Shown here: positions 43,801 through 53,764 of the stretch, in pieces | Position numbering within the stretch: position 1 is the first letter of the stretch | How the letters are laid out: every line of letters begins with the position of its first letter | From: Candidatus Hydrogenedentota bacterium | GTDB lineage: Bacteria; Hydrogenedentota; Hydrogenedentia; Hydrogenedentales; SLHB01 | Length of the DNA: 64,000 nucleotides | Reading direction: 5' to 3' | NCBI GenBank assembly: GCA_963745075.1 | Contig: CAVUWV010000011.1 | Span: 1-64,000 of the forward strand | Notes under the pieces: model-generated | Told to the model about the DNA's origin: nothing | The model's database searches: none | Seen by the model: only the letters and a program-made list of their open reading frames with translations | Program-made: the position numbers and the translations under genes

Positions 43801-44241
43801 TTGGAGTTATACGCGATCAATAAGGACGGCAGTGTAACCGGCATTGAGTCGCTACGTGACGATGCCGCGCGGGAAGTTGCTTCGTCCTATCCTACCTACT
43901 ATGAGGCTATCGGGTACGTGGAACCGTGGATTGGTTACCTCGCCCGGCGCGACGAACAATGGGTTGGCGCGTGCGGGTTCAAGGGGGCGCCCAAGCGCGG
44001 ACGTGTCGAGATTGCGTACTTCACGTTTCCTGCGTTCGAAGGCCAGGGCGTCGCCACGGGGATGGCCCGCGCGTTGATTACCAAGGCGAGCGAAGCGGAT
44101 TCCGCGGTGATCGTCACGGCGCGCACGCTGCCCGAGGGGGGGCCATCCAGCACGATCCTCCGCAAGCTCGGGTTTACGAAGACGACAACCGTCACCGACG
44201 CCGAGGACGGTGAAGTGTGGGAGTGGGTGCTGGAGGGGTGA
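43801..44241 (+). CDS. GNAT family N-acetyltransferase (RimJ/RimL-like)
   Basis: VGACGFKGAP, VEIAYFTFPAFEGQGVAT, ILRKLGF. Confidence 0.88.
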   Translation: MELYAINKDGSVTGIESLRDDAAREVASSYPTYYEAIGYVEPWIGYLARRDEQWVGACGFKGAPKRGRVEIAYFTFPAFEGQGVATGMARALITKASEADSAVIVTARTLPEGGPSSTILRKLGFTKTTTVTDAEDGEVWEWVLEG

Positions 44242-44922
44242 AAGTGCCAACGCGACCGCAAAGCGACATCGCTTTTCGAGGACTGGGTTGCTCACATTTT
44301 CGACCACGATGCACCGGAGATTGTGACGTACGAGGAAATCATGGACGCGATCGAATGGGATGTCTCAGCGGAGCAGAAGATCGCGTATATGGCGCAACTC
44401 TTCGAAAAACCGCGCCCAATTCTTGACCGCTATTCGGATTTGCAGCTCCAGCACGGGTTTCAATACCTCATCAGCAACTTGCTGAGCGACTATCCGCTGG
44501 GACTTCACGATGCGTCGGTTCCGTTGGACTTGCGGGCGCGGTGTATTCGCAGTATATACACCGTGTACGAGCAGGTGTTCGCCGAGCGGTGTTCACCGGA
44601 GTTGGCCTGTTCCGGAAGACGGCCCACGAGTCCGCTCAATGACGTATGTTACATGTGGTGGGACATGCTTGCGTTTAGCGCGAAGTTGGTGCCGGTAGAA
44701 GAGCGGATTCTCGACGAAACCGCACTCACGGTTATGGAATCGACGCTCAATCTGGAATCCCTGCCTTGCCAGGAGGGCGCGCTCCACGGCCTCGGCCATT
44801 GGCACTATGATTATCCCGAGCAGGTTGGGGTAATTATCGACGCATACCTCGGTCGCGATACCTCAATTCCAGAAGGACTGCGAGCCTATGCCTCGAATGC
44901 GCACCGCGGATACGTGCAATGA
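44238..44922 (+). CDS. Conserved hypothetical protein (frameshift at ~44275)
   Basis: GTG overlaps the GNAT stop (GTGA); removing one T from TTTT 44273-44276 gives ...DIAFEDWVAHIFDH... joining ORF 44323..44922 (CYMWWD, EGALHGLGH). Confidence 0.7.
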
Positions 44923-45041
44923 AAGTTTCCCGTTCGCGCGCCGCAGGTCATGCATTAGATGCCGCGGGCCGTGCGGTATACTATAGAGCGTGGGTGTTCT
45001 AATTCGGTTGTTGTGATTGCTGGAAGGCTGTGGTGAATTGT

Positions 45042-45881
45042 ATGCAGTATCCGGACCCCATCAATACCGTTCCTCTGTTTCCCCGGCTGGACTCGGCGCT
45101 GACGGACTTGCTGAGAAACCTGGTGCCGGCGGACTGGGACAAGCCGACGACGGCGTCGTTGTGGACGGTGAAGGATGTAGCGGCGCATTTGCTGGACACC
45201 GCGCTGCGGCGATTGTCCATGCAGCGGGACGGGTACACGCCGCCGGACGCGCCGAAGGGGTTTTCGGGTCACGACGACTTGGTCGAATACCTGAACGCGA
45301 TCAACAACGACTGGGTGCGCGCGACGCGGCGGCTGGGCCCGCGTCTGCTCATCGACCTTCTTGAGAAGGCGAATCACGAACTGCATGCCTTCTTCGATTC
45401 GCTGGACCCGGCGGCACGGGCGTTTTTCCCGGTGGCGTGGGCGGGCGAAACGGAATCGGAGAACTGGTTCGACATCGCCCGCGAATACACGGAGCACTGG
45501 CACCATCAGCAACAGATTCGGGAAGCGCTGGGACAACCCTTGGTGCTCGAACCCGAGTTGTACTATCCCGTTCTGGATACCTTTATGCGGGGCCTTCCTC
45601 ACGCGTACCGGATGGTTCCGGCCCGCCCGAAAGAGGCCATGGCCATTCACGTCACCGGTGAAACGTCCGGCACGTGGTACCTCGCGGATGACGACAGCGG
45701 CTGGGAATTGTTTACGCAAATCGACAAGGAACCGATGACGACGGTGCGCATACCCCATGACGTGGCGTGGAAGGTATTCACGAAACGGCCGGATAAGGTT
45801 CAACTCAAAGACCAATTGAAGATCGAGGGCTCGCGCGACAAAGGGGTGCACCTGTTGACTATGGTCGCGTTCATGGTTTGA
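45042..45881 (+). CDS. Maleylpyruvate isomerase N-terminal-domain (DinB superfamily) protein
   Basis: WDKPT...WTVKDVAAHLLD and REYTEHWHHQQQIREA metal-binding motifs. Confidence 0.85.
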   Translation: MQYPDPINTVPLFPRLDSALTDLLRNLVPADWDKPTTASLWTVKDVAAHLLDTALRRLSMQRDGYTPPDAPKGFSGHDDLVEYLNAINNDWVRATRRLGPRLLIDLLEKANHELHAFFDSLDPAARAFFPVAWAGETESENWFDIAREYTEHWHHQQQIREALGQPLVLEPELYYPVLDTFMRGLPHAYRMVPARPKEAMAIHVTGETSGTWYLADDDSGWELFTQIDKEPMTTVRIPHDVAWKVFTKRPDKVQLKDQLKIEGSRDKGVHLLTMVAFMV

Positions 45882-46104
45882 CGCCGTCGTGCGGGTGAGT
45901 TCGTTGAGGCGAAATGGAGCGCAACTTCCCGGAGACATACAATTCGCCTGTGTGGTATGCTCCACCGAATGCAGTGCAATACGCTTTCGCATGCCTTGGG
46001 CGTAGACACGAGAAGACGTTGACGTGGGGCGCTTCGAGGTTTTCGACTACAAGCGCGATAATACGTAGAACTTCTCAAAGAACCACATGTCTTTTCCGTT
46101 CGAT

Positions 46105-46169
46105 GTGGTGCGGCCATCCTGGCTGCTCTTGGTCTGACGGCGTGGGACAGGCAGGGATGCCCGCACCAC
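46105..46169. repeat. REP-like inverted doublet (GTGG-type)
   Basis: GTGGTGCGGCCATCCTGGCTG (46105-46125) and CAGGCAGGGATGCCCGCACCAC (46148-46169) are near reverse complements. Confidence 0.7.
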
Positions 46170-46229
46170 GATTTGACCACTTGATTTTGTTAGAAGTTCT
46201 TACGAGAAAACCGTAGAAAGGGGTAAGCA

Positions 46230-47093
46230 GTGTATAAGCGGGGATTCACCTTAATTGAATTGCTGGTGGTCATCGCGATCATCGGTATTCTTGCTGCGAT
46301 CCTGCTGCCGGCGCTTGCCCGTGCGCGCGAAGCGGCGCGGCGTGCGTCGTGTCAAAACAATCTCAAACAGTTGGGGCTGATTCTGAAGATGTACACCGGC
46401 GAGAGCGAAGGTGAACGCTTTCCCCACATCAAAGCCTTCGATTGCCAGGGCGATGTGGTGGTGTGGGACCAGATCATGGACCCGGTGTCCATCTACCCGG
46501 AGTATTTGACGGATTTGAATGTGCTGATCTGTCCGAGCAACTCGGCGGGAGGAGATGCCCTCGCGCAGTTCGACGCGGGCGAGACTACCTACACCAAGTG
46601 GATTGAGGTGGCGGGGTTCAGCAACAACGGCAAAGTCGAACCCTGCGAAATCAACCAGGACCCATACCACTACTACGGCTGGGCCTTCGACGCGAACCTC
46701 TTCAAAACGGAAACCGATTTCGTCAATTTCGAGGACGAAGTCGAAGATATCGGAGAGAAGATGCCAACGGACCCGGGTGTCGTGGACGAGGAATTCGAAC
46801 TCGACGACGAGGTAGGCGGCCGGTTTTCGATTCCCCGGCTTCGCGAGGGTATCGAGCGGTTTTTTATCTCGGACATCAACAATCCGGCCGCGACCGCCCA
46901 GGCCCAGTCGACCATCGTTGTGATGCACGATTCCATCAGCGACGAGCCCGAAAGTTTCAATCACGTTCCCGGTGGCGCCAACGTTCTTTTCATGGACGGG
47001 CACGTGCGCTTCGAGAAATGGAACGATATGGATGGCGTTTTCCCGATGAACGAAGCAGCGCTGATTCTCCACGACATCAGCGAAGAGATTTAG
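46230..47093 (+). CDS. Prepilin-type N-terminal cleavage/methylation protein, DUF1559 / H-X9-DG family
   Basis: [46 protein letters not shown]-terminal [16 protein letters not shown]. Confidence 0.93.
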   Translation: MYKRGFTLIELLVVIAIIGILAAILLPALARAREAARRASCQNNLKQLGLILKMYTGESEGERFPHIKAFDCQGDVVVWDQIMDPVSIYPEYLTDLNVLICPSNSAGGDALAQFDAGETTYTKWIEVAGFSNNGKVEPCEINQDPYHYYGWAFDANLFKTETDFVNFEDEVEDIGEKMPTDPGVVDEEFELDDEVGGRFSIPRLREGIERFFISDINNPAATAQAQSTIVVMHDSISDEPESFNHVPGGANVLFMDGHVRFEKWNDMDGVFPMNEAALILHDISEEI

Positions 47094-47181
47094 GCCCAGC
47101 CGTCTTGAACGATTCGTGGGTCGCGACTCTTTGCAGGTCTCGATTTGCGCGGCGCGCGATAGTTCGGAGCGTGCACCTGTG

Positions 47182-48036
47182 ATGATGCGGTTTGCATACC
47201 TGTTCGCCGGGGGCGGCGCGTTTTATCCGGCGCTGCTCGGCTGCATCGTGGGGCTCATTGTTCTACGTACCGTGCGGAGCCAACGCCTCTTCCGTGTCGG
47301 GCGTATCGTCGTCGTGCTTTCGGCTGTCGTAGCCGTTCTTTGCTCGGTTCCTCTCCCCGTCTGGCTGTACCTCGTGTGGGCGTTTACGCTCATTGCAGCT
47401 TCGTCTACCCTGGCGCGAGCGGAGACGTTCAAATCAAGGACTCGTAGTGCCATCCTCGCGGCCAGCCTCGCGATCACTATCGCGCTGATGGCCGCGGAAG
47501 CCCCGTATCGTGTTTTGCCGAACGTCCCTTACAAGAGCGGCGGCGTCTTGTATACGCTCGGCGATTCTCTCAGCATGGGCGCCGATACCATGGAAGGGAA
47601 TTGGCCAGCCCTGCTCGCGAAACAGGCTGGCATGGACGTACATGCCTTTGCCTTCGGCGGCGCCCGGCTCGGGACGGCCATGGGCAACGCGGATCGCGTT
47701 CAGTCCGACGCCGATCTCATTATCGTCGAACTCGGCGGCAACGACATCTTCTATGATACGCCGGCCGCGACGTTCGCAAACGAATTGGATACGATGCTGG
47801 AAAAGTTGACGCGCCACGGCGCCTCTGTTGTTTTGCTCGAACTTCCCCTTCCTCCGTTCTACAATCACTTCGGGGCCGACCAACGCTGTCTCGCCGCGAA
47901 ACATGGGGTCGTCCTCATTCCAAAGTCCGTACTTGCGCATGTGCTCGCTGCCCCTGGTGCAACAGTGGACGGACTGCACCTTTCGAGCGCCGGACACCTA
48001 CGACTCGCAGATGCGCTCTGGGGACTTCGCGAGTAA
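47182..48036 (+). CDS. Membrane-anchored GDSL/SGNH esterase (TesA-like)
   Basis: 3-4 N-terminal TM segments; LGDSLS, ELGGND, DGLH blocks. Confidence 0.88.
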   Translation: MMRFAYLFAGGGAFYPALLGCIVGLIVLRTVRSQRLFRVGRIVVVLSAVVAVLCSVPLPVWLYLVWAFTLIAASSTLARAETFKSRTRSAILAASLAITIALMAAEAPYRVLPNVPYKSGGVLYTLGDSLSMGADTMEGNWPALLAKQAGMDVHAFAFGGARLGTAMGNADRVQSDADLIIVELGGNDIFYDTPAATFANELDTMLEKLTRHGASVVLLELPLPPFYNHFGADQRCLAAKHGVVLIPKSVLAHVLAAPGATVDGLHLSSAGHLRLADALWGLRE

Positions 48037-48118
48037 GCCGGAAGCGGCGGATTCGAATACCCTTTTCTTCCTCCCTGCATATTCTCTATGCTTTCGGCAA
48101 ACAGGAGGCCTGCCAGGC

Positions 48119-48619
48119 ATGAAGGTCGAAGTCTATCAAGCCGGAGTGGAAGACGCGACGGACGTGGCGACGATGATCGCCGAACTGACGCAAGAGATTG
48201 TGGACCGGACGGGCATGCAGCACTTTAATCTGGACCGGGACGATCTGTTTGCCCGCTGCGTCGAGTATCTTCAGCAGGGTATCTATACGGCCTTCGTTCT
48301 TGCGCTGGATGACGAGCCCAACGGGGCGCTTACGCTGTGCGAAAGCCATGCCCTGTACGCGGGCGGTGCGTTCGGGATCGTGCAGGAGTGTTACGTGCGG
48401 CCGGACGCGCGTTCGCGGGGTTGCGGGCGGGCCTTGCTCGAGGCGGCCGAACAGCACGCGCGGCGTTCCGGCTGGACCCGGCTCGAACTGGCCACGCCAC
48501 CCTTACCGGAGTTCGCGCGCGCGCTGGCGTTCTATGAACGCTTCGGCTTTGCGGTCACGGGCGGGCGGAAGTTGCGGTATCTCGTCACTCCGCAGGAAGA
48601 GTCTGAAGCCGATTCCTGA
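48119..48619 (+). CDS. GNAT family N-acetyltransferase
   Basis: AGGAGG RBS; YVRPDARSRGCGRALL; AFYERFGF. Confidence 0.9.
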   Translation: MKVEVYQAGVEDATDVATMIAELTQEIVDRTGMQHFNLDRDDLFARCVEYLQQGIYTAFVLALDDEPNGALTLCESHALYAGGAFGIVQECYVRPDARSRGCGRALLEAAEQHARRSGWTRLELATPPLPEFARALAFYERFGFAVTGGRKLRYLVTPQEESEADS

Positions 48620-48644
48620 CTGGGGATTTCAACCTTCGCCGGAA

Positions 48645-49394
48645 TCACTTCTCCACTATCTCATTCACGGGCCGATACACGTTGCGCTGCGGAATTTCCC
48701 GGGTGACCAACGTGCCGTCGATTTTGTGCAACCGAAACGCCTTGGCGCCGCGACGGGCGGCGAGCACGCGGTACTCGTTGCCGACGAAAGCGATGGCGCA
48801 GTCGTTGTCGATGGCGATTCCGGAGCCGGGACGCTTCCACAGCATGGCCTGGAAGTGGGTCATGCGATCATCCGCCAGCACGTGGGGGCAGCCCGTTGCG
48901 GGAATCAACCCGAGTCCGCGCACGCGGATGTAGTCCCAGTTCCCGGGGTGGTAGAAGGACATGGAATCGCTGTGGCCGTGGGCGAACCAGCACAATGCGC
49001 CCGCGCTTGACCCGGCCAGGACCGTTCCGCGCCGGTGGGCCCTGCGCAGCATCGCATCGACTCCGAGCCGCCGCCAACGGCGCATCATCTTCAAGGTATT
49101 GCCTCCGCTTACCCATATGAGATCGGCGCCGCCGATGGCCTCGCGCAATTCGTGTTTGGCCGGTGCCTTGCCGAGCAGGTACACCACCTCTGTCGAGCAT
49201 CCCAACCGCTTGCCGTAAGCGACCCGAAACTTCTCATACACATCCGCGTCGTCGTAGGCAGCCGTGGGAAGGAGAAGCGCGCGGGGTTTGCGCTCTCCCG
49301 TCAGGTCATAGATGAACCGATGAATGACCCGGCAGTGCGGCGCGTCCAACGGTACGCCGCCGCATGCAACGATGCGCGTGGGTTTGTGCAGCAT
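48645..49394 (-). CDS. Peptidase E (S51) family protein
   Basis: LLLPTAA, DLIWVSGGNT, GSSAGA nucleophile motif, CPH. Confidence 0.88.
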   Translation of the reverse strand: MLHKPTRIVACGGVPLDAPHCRVIHRFIYDLTGERKPRALLLPTAAYDDADVYEKFRVAYGKRLGCSTEVVYLLGKAPAKHELREAIGGADLIWVSGGNTLKMMRRWRRLGVDAMLRRAHRRGTVLAGSSAGALCWFAHGHSDSMSFYHPGNWDYIRVRGLGLIPATGCPHVLADDRMTHFQAMLWKRPGSGIAIDNDCAIAFVGNEYRVLAARRGAKAFRLHKIDGTLVTREIPQRNVYRPVNEIVEK

Positions 49395-49734
49395 GGACGA
49401 CAGATTCGCATGATTGGCGCGGGGCGTGCAAGAAATGAACAACGGCATCGATTTGGGGACGACGCTGCCAAACGATCGCTCGATTTCATGCAACCATCGG
49501 GCGTTTCGGAGGTGCGAATACAACCCCGGGTTTAGTGGAAACAACACACGTTTGAAACACAGCGCCGCGCACAAAGATATGCATTGAAATCGGGCTTCGT
49601 GGACGCGAGAATGCCGGGAAGAGCGCCGCGCTTCTGTGGTACACTTGGCGTGCTGTGCGCTTACAGGGAACAATCCCGGCGCCGTTCACGTTTACCAATC
49701 GGCAGGTTTCTCGACACCAAGGTTTCAGGTAGGT

Positions 49735-52700
49735 ATGGATTTCATCAAGACACTTCACGAGCAGGTCATCGTCATCGACGGGGCGATGGGAACGCAGGTC
49801 CAGAATCTCGATCTGCACGACGCCGATTACGGCGGCGCCGAATTCAAGATGCTTCCGGACATTCTGGTGTTCTCCCATCCCGGCGCGGTGCGCGACATTC
49901 ATCTCGCGTATTACCGCGCGGGCGCGAACGCCGTGGAAACGAACACCTTTGGGTCGACCCCATTCCGGATGGCAGAGTATGACTTCAGCAAGCTCGACCT
50001 GTCGCACTTTGATTCGATTCCTTACGGAATCGACTTGCGCAAACTCAGCTACGAGGACTTCGCGTACTACATGAGCCGCCGCGCCGCCGAGATTGCATGC
50101 GAAGCGCGCACCGTATATGCGACGGAGAAGGATTACGACGGCCGGCCGCTCTTTGTGTTGGGTTCCATCGGCCCGTCAAATCGCGTGCTGTCCAGCACGG
50201 ATGCAAACCTGAAGCTTTCCACGTTCGACGAAATGGCCGACAACTTCTACCACCAGGTGCGCGGGCTCATCGAGGGCGGTGTGGACGTGTTGCTCTACGA
50301 GACGCAGCAGGACATCCTCGAGTTGAAAGCCGGGGTGTTTGGCGGGCACAAGGCCATGGCGGAAGCGGGACGTAACGTCCCGGTTATGGCGCAGGTCACG
50401 GTCGACCAGTTCTCGAAGATGCAAATCTTCAACACCGACATCCACGCGGCATTGGTCACGATGCAGGGGATCGGCATCGACACCTTTGGCATCAATTGCA
50501 GCATCGGCCCGGATCTCATGGAGCGGACCGTCGAGAAGCTCGCGCGCTATTCGCCGCTGCCCATTTCCGTGATCCCGAACGCAGGGTTGCCCGTATCGGA
50601 AAACGGCCGCACGGTGTTCAAATTCAAACCCGATAGACTCGCCGAGTATCTCGACTCGTTCGTCGACAAGTACGGCGTGAACGTTGTCGGCGGCTGCTGC
50701 GGCACGACGCCCGACCACATCGCCGCGATTGCGCAGCGGGTCTCCGGGCGTAAACCGAAGGATCGCCGGCCGGAGCGTGGTCTTTATGTTTCGGGTCCGC
50801 AGGAGGCGGTTCTCCTCGACAGCAGCGAAACGCTGATCATGGTCGGTGAACGGCTCAACGTGCGCGGATCGAAAAAGGTGCGCGAAGCGGTCGAGAGCGA
50901 CGGGGTCATCGATCAGGCGGCCCTCGAAGAGGTCGTTGAAGAGCAGGTGCGCGGGCTGGGCGTCAAAGTCATCGACGTATGCATGGACTCGAACGTCGTT
51001 GACACCACCGAGACCTTGAAACAGGTCGTGCACAAACAGACCACGGACTTTTCCGGCGCCATGTGCCTGGACTCCTTCGCGGTGGACGCGTTGGCTGAGG
51101 CCATTCGCGTGTATCCCGGCCGGCCGATCATCAACTCCATGTCGATGGAGGACGTTGAGCCGGGAGTGACGAAGGTGGACGCCGTGTGTCGGGCGACGAA
51201 AGATCATTGGCCCATGTACGTCGGGCTGGCGGCCGGTCCCAAAGGACCCGGCGCGACTCGGGAAGAGAAAACGGAACTGGCGCGGCAGATCGTCGAGAAT
51301 GCCGCGAAATACGGGGTCACGCCGGACCAAATCTTCATCGACATGAACGTGTTCCCTATCGGATCCGAATCCGAGGAAGGAATGAATTTCGCCGTCGAGT
51401 CCCTGGAATCCATCCCGCTTATCAAGGCCATTCACCCCGGCCTGCGCACGATCTGCGGCGTGGGAAACCTGACCAACGGGCTGGCAAAGAAGCCGTACAT
51501 GCGCAAGGTGCTCACGTCGGTCTGGCTGGACGAGGCCCGCAAACGCGGGCTCGACGCGGCGATTATCAATCCCAACCATTACGTGTTCGTGAAAGATCTC
51601 GATCCCAGGGATTACGAACTCGGGCTGAAAGCGGTGCTCGAGCGGGACATGGAAGCCTTCGAGCAGCTCGAAGACATCTCCGATCGCAAGAAGGGGATCG
51701 ATGTCGTACGCCGCACGAGCTACGAAGATCTGCCCCTCGAAGAGGCTATCTGCGAGCGGATCAAGGATGGGTTCAAAGAACGCGAGCATGGCGATATTGA
51801 AGTCGGCGGGCATCACTACAAGTATGCCGACCGGATCGTGCTCCAGGTAGTTGAAGCCATCAAGAAACACGAACCGCTGTCCTTTATCAACACGCACCTC
51901 ATGCGCGCCATGAACGAACTCGGCGATGGGTTCGCGCGCGGCGAGGTGTCGCTGCCGCATCTGTTGAAGTCCGCCGACGTGATGAAACAGGTCATGGGAT
52001 TTCTCGAAGAGTATATGCGGGTGTCGGCCGGCATCGACGTGCATACGAAAATTGAATACAAAGGCGCCATCGTGCTCGGCACGGTCTATCAGGACGTCCA
52101 CAGCATCGGGAAGGACCTCGCCAAGACCTTGTTCGAGAACTACGGCTACCGGGTAATCGACCTCGGCGTGATGACGCCCTTGCAGAATTACCTGGATACG
52201 GCAAAAGAGCACAACGCGGACGCCATCGGTATGTCGGCGCTGCTGGTGCAGACATCGAACCACATGATCACCGTATCAAGAATGATGCGCGAGCAGAACA
52301 TGGACAAGGTTCCGGTGCTCATCGGCGGCGCACCGGTGAACGATCGCCATGCCGCCTATGTTGCCATGGCGGGCGAAACCGACGAGTCGCACATGCGCGC
52401 GAACGTGTTTTACTGTCCCACGGCCATGGACGGCGTCAACGTGATGAACGCGCTGAAATCCGGCAACGGCACGGATGCCATGTTCGACGCCAATTTGAAG
52501 AAGCTGCACAAGAATTACGAACGGGCGGAGAAACGGGCCCAGGAAGAGGAAGAGCTGCTGCGCACGCTGCCACAACGTGTTATCGGCTTTGAGAACCATC
52601 GCGTTCCGGAAGAACCGTATTTTGCGTACGCGACGCAGTCCTTGGACCTTCGCGAATTCAAAGATCGTATCGACCGGAAGACGCTCTTCGCCTTGAACTG

Positions 52701-53355
52701 GAAATTTGGCGGTTCCGCTTCCCGCGAGCGGCAGGGGGAGACGCCGGAGAAGCTCAACGCCCTGCTCGACGAGTGGGTCGCGCGCGCTGCTGCCGAGCAT
52801 TGGGTGCGGCCATTGGGCATCTGCGGCGTGTTCCCGTGCCAATCGGATGGCCACGAGGTCATCGTGTACGACGTGGACGACCTACGCACGGAAATCGGCC
52901 GGCTGGGATTCACGCGGGTAATCGGCAGCGAACGCAAAGACACCGTGTGCGCGGCGCAATACTTCTTCCCCAAGGAATCCGGCAAGCTGGACGCCATCGG
53001 ATTGCAGATTTCGACGAGTGGACCCCAGGTCGACGCACAACTGCGCAGATTTCGGGAAGGCGGCGATTCCGAGTCGACGTTGTACTTGCAGGGATTATCA
53101 GACCGCATCGCGGAGGATATGGCGGATTACGTTCACGGGATTCTGCGCGAACGGCTCGGGTACGACGCGAAACAGGGCATCCGGTGGTCGCCGGGGTACC
53201 CCGCGATGACCGAGACAAAGCACAACCAAACCATTCTCGATTTACTCCACGCCACGGAACTGATCGGCGTGAAAATCACGGAAGCAGGGGAGTTTTCCCC
53301 GACGGGCACGACGGCGGCGGTCGTCTGTTTTCATCCCGACGCGCGGTATACCTAG
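49735..53355 (+). CDS. metH: Cobalamin-dependent methionine synthase
   Basis: DGAMGT, ETNTFG, GINCSIGP, PNAGLP, GGCCGTTPDHI (Zn), GERLN pterin domain, DVHSIGK (B12 His), MSALL, IGGA, RWSPGYPA activation domain. Confidence 0.96.
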   Translation: MDFIKTLHEQVIVIDGAMGTQVQNLDLHDADYGGAEFKMLPDILVFSHPGAVRDIHLAYYRAGANAVETNTFGSTPFRMAEYDFSKLDLSHFDSIPYGIDLRKLSYEDFAYYMSRRAAEIACEARTVYATEKDYDGRPLFVLGSIGPSNRVLSSTDANLKLSTFDEMADNFYHQVRGLIEGGVDVLLYETQQDILELKAGVFGGHKAMAEAGRNVPVMAQVTVDQFSKMQIFNTDIHAALVTMQGIGIDTFGINCSIGPDLMERTVEKLARYSPLPISVIPNAGLPVSENGRTVFKFKPDRLAEYLDSFVDKYGVNVVGGCCGTTPDHIAAIAQRVSGRKPKDRRPERGLYVSGPQEAVLLDSSETLIMVGERLNVRGSKKVREAVESDGVIDQAALEEVVEEQVRGLGVKVIDVCMDSNVVDTTETLKQVVHKQTTDFSGAMCLDSFAVDALAEAIRVYPGRPIINSMSMEDVEPGVTKVDAVCRATKDHWPMYVGLAAGPKGPGATREEKTELARQIVENAAKYGVTPDQIFIDMNVFPIGSESEEGMNFAVESLESIPLIKAIHPGLRTICGVGNLTNGLAKKPYMRKVLTSVWLDEARKRGLDAAIINPNHYVFVKDLDPRDYELGLKAVLERDMEAFEQLEDISDRKKGIDVVRRTSYEDLPLEEAICERIKDGFKEREHGDIEVGGHHYKYADRIVLQVVEAIKKHEPLSFINTHLMRAMNELGDGFARGEVSLPHLLKSADVMKQVMGFLEEYMRVSAGIDVHTKIEYKGAIVLGTVYQDVHSIGKDLAKTLFENYGYRVIDLGVMTPLQNYLDTAKEHNADAIGMSALLVQTSNHMITVSRMMREQNMDKVPVLIGGAPVNDRHAAYVAMAGETDESHMRANVFYCPTAMDGVNVMNALKSGNGTDAMFDANLKKLHKNYERAEKRAQEEEELLRTLPQRVIGFENHRVPEEPYFAYATQSLDLREFKDRIDRKTLFALNWKFGGSASRERQGETPEKLNALLDEWVARAAAEHWVRPLGICGVFPCQSDGHEVIVYDVDDLRTEIGRLGFTRVIGSERKDTVCAAQYFFPKESGKLDAIGLQISTSGPQVDAQLRRFREGGDSESTLYLQGLSDRIAEDMADYVHGILRERLGYDAKQGIRWSPGYPAMTETKHNQTILDLLHATELIGVKITEAGEFSPTGTTAAVVCFHPDARYT

Positions 53356-53404
53356 AAGAAATGGGGGCAATGACCATTTCTTCTCAACGAGAGAGGCGTC
53401 CGTC

Positions 53405-53701
53405 ATGAAGAAACGCCAGTTGCCATACCAGACCGTGATCCTCGTCTGCGGCGGGGACAAGTGCAGCGACCGGAAGGCCACGAAACTCTTCAAACGGATC
53501 GAGGGCGAGATCGAGCGCCGAAAGCTCGACGAGTCCGTCCGCGCCGTCCGGACCGAGTGCATGGGCAAGTGCGACGACGGGCCGAACGTGGTAATCAGTC
53601 CGGGCGCAGTGTGGATCTGCGGCGCAAAGCCCAAGGATGCGAAGAAAATCCTCGACGAATTGCTGGACAGCGGCGTGGCGCCCGATGCGTCGGAGATTTG
53701 A
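53405..53701 (+). CDS. Thioredoxin-like [2Fe-2S] ferredoxin
   Basis: LVCGGDKC...TECMGKCDDGPNVVISP four-Cys pattern; GAGG RBS. Confidence 0.88.
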   Translation: MKKRQLPYQTVILVCGGDKCSDRKATKLFKRIEGEIERRKLDESVRAVRTECMGKCDDGPNVVISPGAVWICGAKPKDAKKILDELLDSGVAPDASEI

Positions 53702-53714
53702 GTGCACGCGCATT

Positions 53715-53750
53715 CATAGGACGTATAGGACTCATGGGCCCTATGGGACA
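53715..53750. repeat. Degenerate 9-bp tandem repeat, 4 copies
   Basis: CATAGGACG TATAGGACT CATGGGCCC TATGGGACA. Confidence 0.7.
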
Positions 53751-53764
53751 AGATCGGGGGTAGC

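Noticed and set aside
49395..49734. SAM, SAH or cobalamin riboswitch upstream of metH
   Set aside because: I could not find the conserved cores of these riboswitches; an Rfam scan is needed to exclude them.
50176..52263. 695-aa antisense ORF (similarly 3357..4688, 55980..57278, 20072..21175, 29423..30580)
   Set aside because: Shadow ORFs opposite well-supported genes, expected from high-GC codon bias; no motifs.
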